Below are positions 38,160 to 46,207 of a stretch of DNA of 46,207 bases, piece by piece (the first letter of the stretch is position 1; every line of letters starts with the position of its first letter). The position numbers were made by a program, and so were the translations under genes. This DNA is from Nemertoderma westbladi (lineage: Eukaryota; Animalia; Xenacoelomorpha), in the NCBI GenBank assembly GCA_032718475.1, contig JAUCBJ010006978.1, positions 1 through 46,207 of the forward strand, written 5' to 3'. The notes under the pieces are model-generated. The model saw only the letters and a program-made list of their open reading frames with translations. It made no database searches and had not been told where the DNA came from.

Positions 38160-38545
38160 TAGTTTGTAATGTATTATCCCGCCAGCTGAATAGCTCTTCC
38201 CAGTGTGCCAACTAATAGTATATTATTGTAATATAGTAGGCCTATGTTATTGTAGTAGTTTGTAATGTATTATCCCGCCAGCTGAATAGCTCTTCCCAGT
38301 GTGCCAACTAGTAGTATATTATTGTAATATAGTAGGCCTATGTTATATGTTATTGTAGTAGTTTATAATGTATTATCCCGCCGCCAACTGAATAGCTCTT
38401 CCCAGTGTGCCAACTAATATTACAGTATATTACTGTAGTAGGCTTACACAAGTTTGTAATGTATTAACCCGCCAGCTGAATAGCCTTTCCCAGTGTGCCT
38501 ACTAATAGTATATTATTGTAGTATAGCAGGCCAGGCCTTATTGTA
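38160..38545. repeat. ~100-bp tandem repeat, 4 diverged copies
   Basis: GTTTGTAATGTATTATCCCGCCAGCTGAATAGCTCTTCCCAGTGTGCCAACTA recurs at ~38162, 38258, 38361 and 38452. Confidence 0.92.
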
Positions 38546-39080
38546 GCTCTAGCCAATCAGGGAGCTAAATGCCAGAACACGTTTTTTTTTCTTCACCATC
38601 ACCATGTTGTCCAAAAATCGAATCGAATTGAGACAGGAAAGAAGCTAAGAGCTTCTTAATAATTTTATATATTCCCAGGTGGTGATCTGTGGATTGAAGT
38701 CCAGTGGCTAAACTCCCGTCTGGGCTAGTTTTAAATATGGATAGGAATGACACTCCTGTAAACTAGGATGTGTAAGTGAAGCACAACCATGGTAAGCTTA
38801 TATATTAATTAGTAGCTTGACATTAACCTCAAGACATCGTGGTTTTGTTATCACAGTTAGCATATCTAAATTCAACTCTCCAACAAAGATTAAAAACACA
38901 AAAATAAATTACAAATAAATTAATTAGGCAAATCGTTAGACTTTCACCGATTATAACATAATTTCTTCATAAAAAAATGTTCTGATTGTACGTAAACAAA
39001 ATTATTAACAAATAAAAAAAATGTTCTGATTGTATGTAAACAAAATTATTAACAAATAAAGTAAATTGTTTGATTCTAAC

Positions 39081-39197
39081 CTCGTTTACTGCAGCACCGA
39101 CTCTTTGCGAGGATGTGAGCGAATCACAGACACCGCCTGGTACATCAGCAGGATCGCAATCGCCAAGGGACCAAGCAGCAACAAATTCCTGGTGATT
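39081..39197 (-). CDS. Exon of the VWD-C8-TIL protein gene: VWD end and linker
   Basis: tttAG acceptor, GTTAGA donor, 117 bp, phase 0 to 0; NHQEFVAAWSLGDCDPADVPGGVCDSLTSSQRVGAAVNE (FxxxW...C motif); too short for the ORF track. Confidence 0.85.
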
Positions 39198-39656
39198 CTA
39201 AATTTCAATCAGTATATGGAAATAATTAGTTCATTATTATTTATTATTTGCATAAAATACGAATGTTTGATATAGCTGATATAACCATGTTTCTGATAGG
39301 TTTGATTTACCATACGAGAAGGATGATTGCATTCAACGTACTGGTCTGTATGAGTTTTACAAAAATATATCTAACGAAAATGATTAATGTTTGTGGCAAT
39401 CTCCTACATATATATCTCCTATATTAAGTGTTGTGTTGTGTTGATTTGATTGTAATTCATAATAATGTGCACACCTCCCCGATCATACATCAAAATTAGT
39501 TAGACATAACGTGGAACATATGTATATATTATACAGAAACACTTGTTTTTCAACTAGTTCAACGTTACCTATGGAAATGTGGTTCAAAATAAATATTTCC
39601 TACATTATAAAAATATATCAGTAGAGAAAAAAAACATAAACACTATTATAACTTAC

Positions 39657-39830
39657 TACGGGTTCTCCATTTGGATTCAAGAAGTCATTAAATGGCTCGA
39701 AATCCCAGTTGCCGCAGAGTCCACAAAGGTGTGGACCGTTAAAAAACATGCCAACATTGAGTTCAACTGCTGCCACACCGTCATATTCAAGGTGACCTCC
39801 ATACAGACCCCCCATTGTAAATGAAACAAT
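39657..39830 (-). CDS. Exon of the VWD-C8-TIL protein gene: C-terminal half of a von Willebrand type D domain
   Basis: ttttttttAG acceptor, GTAAGT donor, 174 bp, phase 0 to 0; IVSFTMGGLYGGHLEYDGVAAVELNVGMFFNGPHLCGLCGNWDFEPFNDFLNPNGEPV, with the CGLCGN hallmark. Confidence 0.93.
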
Positions 39831-40303
39831 CTAAAAAAAATGTCGACTAAAATATATACAGAAGATATAAAATAGATACTCAGACTTTTCCACTCTGTTC
39901 ACGTGAACGATCCCAAATTGATATTGGATCTTGTCCGACAGGATGTATCTGCACATCTTGTCGGACAATGAATAGTTGGAATGGTGAATACTTGAACTTT
40001 TTAAAAATATATTTTAATTGACGTTTTTCCATAGGTCTACAATCAATAATCATTCAATTTTTTTAGGTAAATCATTCAGGTTTACTATAGATTGAGATTT
40101 TCCAATATTTTATGATTAATTGTAGTTGTTTTTATTTAATATGGCGCCCCTCATCCAATTTATTTTACTATTACATATATAGCAATATTTAATTATTAAC
40201 AGATCGGTAAATCGAATTAACATTAAAATACTGAATTCCCAAAAACGACTGTAAAAACAAATAAGAAAATCAATTTTACAGTAAACCATGTATATAAACC
40301 ATG

Positions 40304-42054
40304 TGGAACCCTGTATACTGAGTGCGTCTCCCCTCCAAACCAATGGAACCCTGTATACTGAGTGCGTCTCCCCTCCAAACCAATGGAACCCTGTATACTG
40401 AGTGCGTCTCCCCTCCAAACCAATGGAACCCTGTATACTGAGTGCGTCTCCCCTCCAAACCAATGGAACCTGTATACTGAGTGAGTTTCCCCTCCAAACC
40501 AATGGAACCCTGTATACTGAGTGCGTCTTCCCTCCAAACCAATGGAACCCTGTATACTGAGTGCGTTTCCCCTCCAAACCAATGGAACCCTGTATACTGA
40601 GTGCGTTTCCCCTCCAAACCAATGGAACCCTGTATACTGAGTGCGCTTCCCCTCAAAACCAATGGAACCCTGTATACTGAGTGCGTCTCCCCTCCAAACC
40701 AATGGAACCCTGTATACTGAGTGCGTTTCCCCTCCAAACCAATGGAACCCTGTATACTAAGTGCGTTTCCCCTCCAAACCAATGGAACCCTGTATACTGA
40801 GTGGTCTCCCTTCCAAACCAATGGAACCCTGTATACTGAGTCCGTCTCCCCTCCAAACCAATGGAACCCTGTATACTGAGTGCGTTTCCCCTCCAAACCA
40901 ATGGAACCCTGTATACTGAGTGCGTTTCCCCTCCAAACCAATGGAACCCTGTATACTGAGTGCGCTTCCCCTCAAAACCAATGGAACCCTGTACACTGAG
41001 TGCGTTTCCCCTCCAAACCAATGGAACCCTGTATACTGAGTGCGTCTCCCCTCCAAACCAATGGAACCCTGTATATTGAGTGCGTCTCCCCTCCAAACCA
41101 ATGGAACCCTGTATACTGAGTGCGTCTCCCCTCCAAACCAATGGAACCCTGTATACTGAGTGCGTTTCCCCTCCAAACCAATGGAACCCTGTATACTGAG
41201 TGCGTCTCCCCTCCAAACCAATGGAACCCTGTATACTGAGTGCGTCTCCCCTCCAAACCAATGGAACCCTGTATACTGAGTGCGTCTCCCCTCCAAACCA
41301 ATGGAACCCTGTATACTGAGTGCGTCTCCCCTCCAAACCAATGGAACCCTGTATACTGAGTGCGTTTCCCCTCCAAACCAATGGAACCCTGTATACTGAG
41401 TGCGTTTCCCCTCCAAACCAATGGAACCCTGTATACTGAGTGCGTCTCCCCTCCAAACCAATGGAACCCTGTATACTGAGTGCGTTTCCCCTCCAAACCA
41501 ATGGAACCCTGTATACTAAGTGCGTTTCCCCTCCAAACCAATGGAACCCTGTATACTGAGTGCGTCTCCCCTCCAAACCAATGGAACCCTGTATACTGAG
41601 TGCGTCTCCCCTCCAAACCAATGGAACCCTGTATACTGAGTGCGTCTCCCCTCCAAACCAATGGAACCCTGTATACTGAGTGCGTCTCCCCTCCAAACCA
41701 ATGGAACCCTGTATACTGAGTGCGTTTCCCCTCCAAACCAATGGAACCCTGTATACTGAGTGCGTCTCCCCTCCAAACCAATGGAACCCTGTATACTGGG
41801 TGCGTTTCCCCTCCAAACCAATGGAACCCTGTATACTGAGTGCGTCTCCCCTCCAAACCAATGGAACCCTGTATACTGAGTGCGTTTCCCCTCCAAACCA
41901 ATGGAACCCTGTATACTGAGTGCGTCTCCCCTCCAAACCAATGGAACCCTGTATACTGAGTGCGTTTCCCCTCCAAACCAATGGAACCCTGTATACTGAG
42001 TGCGTCTCCCCTCCAAACCAATGGAACCCTGTACACTGAGTGCGTTTCCCCTCA
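40304..42054. repeat. 40-bp satellite, ~44 copies
   Basis: AATGGAACCCTGTATACTGAGTGCG(T/C)(C/T)TCCCCTCCAAACC units. Confidence 0.98.
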
Positions 42055-42955
42055 CTATGGCAATTCCGATGTGCTGTTTCAGCCACAGGGGTTCGCGCGC
42101 GTCTCCTAATTCTCCTGTAAGTCGTTGGCCCAGATCTTTTATTAGCCACCGGGTGGATGGGCCAAGACACCTGTGTTCTCCAAATCCTGGGGTTCGTATA
42201 CATACTGTTCTCCGTCCGTTCTACGTATACATACTGTTAATATTTCTTACGCTTCAGTTCCTCAGGGAACGCAGCAAACTTCTCCCGCGAGAAAGCTTCG
42301 CCCGCGAGCAATCTTTACCATCAAAATGAGTGTTAACAACCTCTTTTAATGTTTTGGTTAGAAGAATTTGTCTCCGTAACCTATCGTGTCTGTAACCTGT
42401 TTCTTTCCCACAATTGGGCGAAGGTTGGACGCGGGCGAAGATTGCACCCAACCTTCCTCAGCCTGCTGCTGCTGCTGAAGATGGCTCAACGACAGATCGC
42501 AGTATGTTGGCGCACCAGACACCGGCCTTTCTCGTAGGGGTAGATGTCATTCCATCTGGGCGCTTCCCGTTTCCTCTATCTAATCCGTTGGGCTCCAATA
42601 AAGACGGCAGACCAGCTGCTCCGACTGAACGTTTCAACCACATGGTTGAGAGCTGCATGTCGAGGGTACCGACTCATGCTGTTTCCACAGGACAGCGCAT
42701 GGTGCCCGTGAATATCCATTTCCTTCCCACACTTGCAGGTGTGTTTGTGACAGATAGGTGCACCCACTCTTTGGGCTGTACCAATCCGAAGAGCATCAGA
42801 GACCAGATATGTGCCCAAAGGTGGAATATGGATGGCATGTAGCCAAAGTCCAACATCCACTTGTGCTGCTGCAGCTAGGCGTGTTGCTTCAACCGGTTGG
42901 CTTCGGAAAGCAAGTCTTTCTGAGATTTTGTTGCAGAGATTGTATCCCATGATTT
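42030..42955 (-). mobile_element. Degenerate 3' part of a CRE-like non-LTR retrotransposon (zinc knuckle plus restriction-like endonuclease)
   Basis: Frameshifted RLAAA..GLWLHA..LRIG..RVG..HTCKCG..GHHALSC..RH, LEPNGLDRGNGKRPDG, AEELKRKKY, LGPST..LGQRL..GD..LKQHIGIAIVRGNA. Confidence 0.85.
42266..42453. mobile_element. 188-bp MITE-like insertion with an 8-bp target-site duplication
   Basis: TTCCTCAG at 42258-42265 and 42454-42461; GG...CC ends; inverted subterminal CTTCGCCCGCG repeats; removing it rejoins the CRE motif AEELKRKKY. Confidence 0.8.
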
Positions 42956-43419
42956 TTGATTATTCCTAGCAGCACCGTTGTTGGGTTATTTAATATTAAT
43001 ATTGAAATCGATTATTTATTTGTTACTGAATTAAACTATTTCTAATGTAGCAAAGGAAACACAGAGTTAATACTGTAGTATTACTACTACGTTGAGCGAG
43101 CGTGGCCATTAGTTAATACTATGGTTTAAATAATATAAGTTCACATTCTACATTAATTTGAAAAAGGGATGAGAGAAAAGGAATTAAGTCTCCGCTTAAA
43201 ATTCTGGTAAGTGTTAAAATGAATAGATTTATATTAAATAAAACTGAAATACCTAACCGGTTTTCTATGTAAAAAATGGGATTGAAATTTTATGATATGA
43301 CAAATAACACTGTATTAGACTAAGATAAAAGAAAAATGGAGTTTAAAAAAAAGAAAACAAAATTGGGAAGAGGAAACGAACTATAAAAACAATTTACAGC
43401 AGCTGAAATTTAAATCCAC

Positions 43420-46044
43420 TTGGGCGGTCTAACCGTGGCAGTAAAACCCCACCTCAACCCGAAAGAGTTAGCGAAAGAAGATTCGTACATTATAGTCTCA
43501 ACAGATACTGGTTTATATGTCTGCTGCTATTTCCCGCCATCCACCTCACTAATCGACTTCATTGTGGGGATATCAGAGATGCTCAGCCACATTCCAAGTG
43601 ATTTCTCCGGCGACATCACAATTGGTGGCGACTTCAACGCTAGACTCGACACGGACAACAACGAAAAAGCTGCGGCGCTGCTGGAGTTGATGGAAGACGC
43701 AGAGCTCTTCCTACAAACTGACCCATCATCACCCACTTATATATGCCACAACGGAAGCAGCACAGTAGACGCAATATTTGCAACCAAACATGCCACATCG
43801 GTCTCTTATTCCGCCAATCCACTCCGGAAACACATCCCAATATCTGCAATATGGAAGACCGATTATCCAGCTTCCAAAGAACTGCATGAAGAAGTACGGA
43901 CTCACAAGAAACGGATGATTGACATCGCCAAACTCCAGAACGACAACCGTATCCAAGAAGCCAACAGTCTGCTCCAGATTGGAGCCATCGACGATGCCTA
44001 CGAGAAGCTGACAAGCGCCATGCGAGCAGCTGCGCCTGACTGCCAGTTACACAGCCATACGGCTAAGCCATGGTTTGACTCGGAGTGTTTTACCAAACGC
44101 CGAGAGGTATTATCTTTAAACGCCAGAGCCAAGACTGACCCCACAGTCCGAGAACATCTTGGCGAAGTCAAACGGGACTATAAAGGTCTATTGTCAAACA
44201 AACGCGACACATTCGCAAAGAAGATGGAGGATAAACTAATAGCGGAGGCCGAACAGCAACCGTATCGATGGTCCAAAACGAGGAAGAACAGGAGCAGTTG
44301 CCCGGTTCCACTAGAAACCTGGGAGTCCCATTTTGCTAACATTCTCTCAGCCAACCCCAATCACGAGTTAGATCTCGACGACAACTCGGACAGTGACCTC
44401 GCAGACGATGCTGAACCACACGGCCTCGAATATATCACAACAGAAACCGAACCCCCATTCACTCCAGACGAGGTTGAATCCGCCATACGTGGAAAGAAAT
44501 CTGGAAAATCAGGAGGTCCAGACAAGGTACCCTATGAACTTTTCCAAGCTGCAATCCCCGTAGTTCTACTTCTCTGGACCACACTACTAAACATCTGTCT
44601 CGCTTCTGGCAATTTAGTTACTTGCTGGAAGAACAGCATCATGATGGTCCTCTACAAGGGCAATGGGTCCCGGTCAAATCCAGATTCCTATAGAGGAATC
44701 GCACTGCTCTGCAACGCCTTCAAAATCCTAACGAGTCTGGTAGAGAAACGCGTCCGCAGTCGTGTTTCCCATCGTATCCCACCTGAACAGTTCGGATTTA
44801 TGCCGGGAAAGTCCACAACAATGCCATTATCACAATTAATAAAACAAATTCACGAGAATCTATCCTCTCCTAAGAAGCCATTATACGCTGTTTATATTGA
44901 CTTCCGCAAAGCATTCGATTCAGTACCCAGATCCAAGTTACTATTTAAACTCCGGTTTCATTTCAACATTAGGGGCAACCTTTATACGTTATTAAAATGC
45001 ATCTTAAAGATCAACTACATACAAATCTTTGACGGCCTCAGAAAGTCGAAAATAGTCGAGCAAACACGGGGAGTTCTTCAGGGAGACAGTCTCAGCCCCC
45101 TGCTGTTTATTCTGTTCATATTTGACATTGTCAGCCACATTAAACGTGCAATTGCCCACATCGGTAAACTCATAATATTGCTCTTTGCCGACGATCTCTT
45201 GTTTTACGGAGACTCCCGGGAGGCAGCGCAGGCCGGGCTCGATGCGGTCGCAGTTTGGTCGGCAAAAAACGGTCTTGACGTGAACCTAACGAAAACCAAA
45301 ATCATGAAGTTCCGTCGTGGCGGTCGCCTCGCCAATGCCGACAAGTTCACATACAACGGAAACCCGGTCGAGATTGTCAACTCTTACAAATATCTCGGCA
45401 TCACCCTGCAGACGACTCTAAGTTTCTCGAAGCATGTAGCGGCAACTATGTGCAAAGCAGTCATGGCCATCCACTCAATTAACAAACCCGAACTGCTATC
45501 ACTTACTACATCTATCAAATTGTTCCAGATAAAGATTTTACCAATCGCCCTCTATGGTTGCAGGGAAATCTGGCCGTTCCTTACTGTAGCCAATATGATC
45601 GCAATCGACAAGATTAAATCTACTTACTTAAAGAAAGCGCTTTGCCTACACAAGTCAACCCACAACCGGCTAGTCATTGCACTCTGTAATGAACGGACTC
45701 TCGTCGCAGACATCGTCTCCAAACTCCGTCTTCCACTAACTGCAAACTATAATAGCTACAGGGACATCGTAGCTCTCAAAACCAGCGAAATCCCCACCGG
45801 TTTCTGGCAGTCGCTCGGGTTCACTGACCGCAGTTGGTGTGGCCCAAACCGTAGACAGCGGCACGTGACCACGCGCTTCAGCGTGCACGGTTTTCACCAC
45901 CGTATCTGCACGAACCGCTCCTTCCACGTCCCCATAGACTCCTGCACCTGTAGACTATGCGGACTCACGGGTACAACGTACCACCTGCTAGACTGCCCAC
46001 AGAATACCGCCTCCCTCTCCAAATGGGCGAACTCTGCCGAATAG
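43420..46044 (+). CDS. LINE ORF2 (partial APE endonuclease, reverse transcriptase, C-terminal Cys/His motif), 5'-truncated but uninterrupted, 874 aa
   Basis: GDFNA, TY..GSSTVD (APE); YRGIALL, QFGF, DFRKAFD, GVLQGDSLSPLLF, LFADD, YKYLG (RT); HGFHH..C..C.C..CG..HLL.C. Confidence 0.96.
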   Translation: MGGLTVAVKPHLNPKELAKEDSYIIVSTDTGLYVCCYFPPSTSLIDFIVGISEMLSHIPSDFSGDITIGGDFNARLDTDNNEKAAALLELMEDAELFLQTDPSSPTYICHNGSSTVDAIFATKHATSVSYSANPLRKHIPISAIWKTDYPASKELHEEVRTHKKRMIDIAKLQNDNRIQEANSLLQIGAIDDAYEKLTSAMRAAAPDCQLHSHTAKPWFDSECFTKRREVLSLNARAKTDPTVREHLGEVKRDYKGLLSNKRDTFAKKMEDKLIAEAEQQPYRWSKTRKNRSSCPVPLETWESHFANILSANPNHELDLDDNSDSDLADDAEPHGLEYITTETEPPFTPDEVESAIRGKKSGKSGGPDKVPYELFQAAIPVVLLLWTTLLNICLASGNLVTCWKNSIMMVLYKGNGSRSNPDSYRGIALLCNAFKILTSLVEKRVRSRVSHRIPPEQFGFMPGKSTTMPLSQLIKQIHENLSSPKKPLYAVYIDFRKAFDSVPRSKLLFKLRFHFNIRGNLYTLLKCILKINYIQIFDGLRKSKIVEQTRGVLQGDSLSPLLFILFIFDIVSHIKRAIAHIGKLIILLFADDLLFYGDSREAAQAGLDAVAVWSAKNGLDVNLTKTKIMKFRRGGRLANADKFTYNGNPVEIVNSYKYLGITLQTTLSFSKHVAATMCKAVMAIHSINKPELLSLTTSIKLFQIKILPIALYGCREIWPFLTVANMIAIDKIKSTYLKKALCLHKSTHNRLVIALCNERTLVADIVSKLRLPLTANYNSYRDIVALKTSEIPTGFWQSLGFTDRSWCGPNRRQRHVTTRFSVHGFHHRICTNRSFHVPIDSCTCRLCGLTGTTYHLLDCPQNTASLSKWANSAE

Positions 46045-46207
46045 CCCCCCCCCCCCCCCGACCAGTTTTTACAATGAATTAATATTCCAATTTTAAAATT
46101 CTACATTTTTCTTAACTATATGAACCATACATTATCTTATTATTTATTTATTTTATTTTACTTGGAATTTTGTACTGTACATACATTGTGCCACACCAGG
46201 CGTTATT
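43420..46207 (+). mobile_element. APE-type non-LTR retrotransposon including its 3' UTR; clade not securely assignable by eye
   Basis: ORF2 as above, then poly-C and an AT-rich UTR ending in a motif shared with the 20297-21036 copy. Confidence 0.92.

Noticed and set aside
40116-42203. Long ORFs (up to 516 aa) in all three minus-strand frames
   Set aside because: Artefact of a 40-bp unit lacking minus-strand stops; the peptides are pure repeats cycling through frames

Overview
AT-rich animal (invertebrate-like) genomic DNA. Its backbone is four small minus-strand exons of a secreted, cysteine-rich VWD-C8-TIL protein (FCGBP/zonadhesin/gel-forming mucin/tectorin type), at 39657-39830, 39081-39197, 32582-32789 and 18080-18279. 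All four have GT-AG ends and compatible phases. I find no other exons, so the rest appears to be intron. It holds three large tandem arrays (68-bp x164, a ~95-bp dimeric array of ~13 kb, 40-bp x~44), several minisatellites, and an uninterrupted 5'-truncated APE-RT LINE plus a related truncated copy. It also holds CR1/L2-like relics, a CRE-like (RLE-type) relic carrying a nested MITE, and a young Penelope-like element with inverted termini and a hammerhead-like motif. A >=565-codon minus-strand ORF missed by the ORF track runs off the left edge; it lies behind a long structured leader and a sub-repeated, TIR-like end. The most unusual observation is that each large array appears to have been amplified in place from the sequence next to it. 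The ~95-bp array matches the C8 exon end plus its 5' splice donor, the 40-bp array matches the end of the CRE ORF, and the 68-bp array sits at a 16-bp duplicated site inside a LINE relic whose reading frame resumes on the other side. Family assignments come from motif recognition only; no database search was run.
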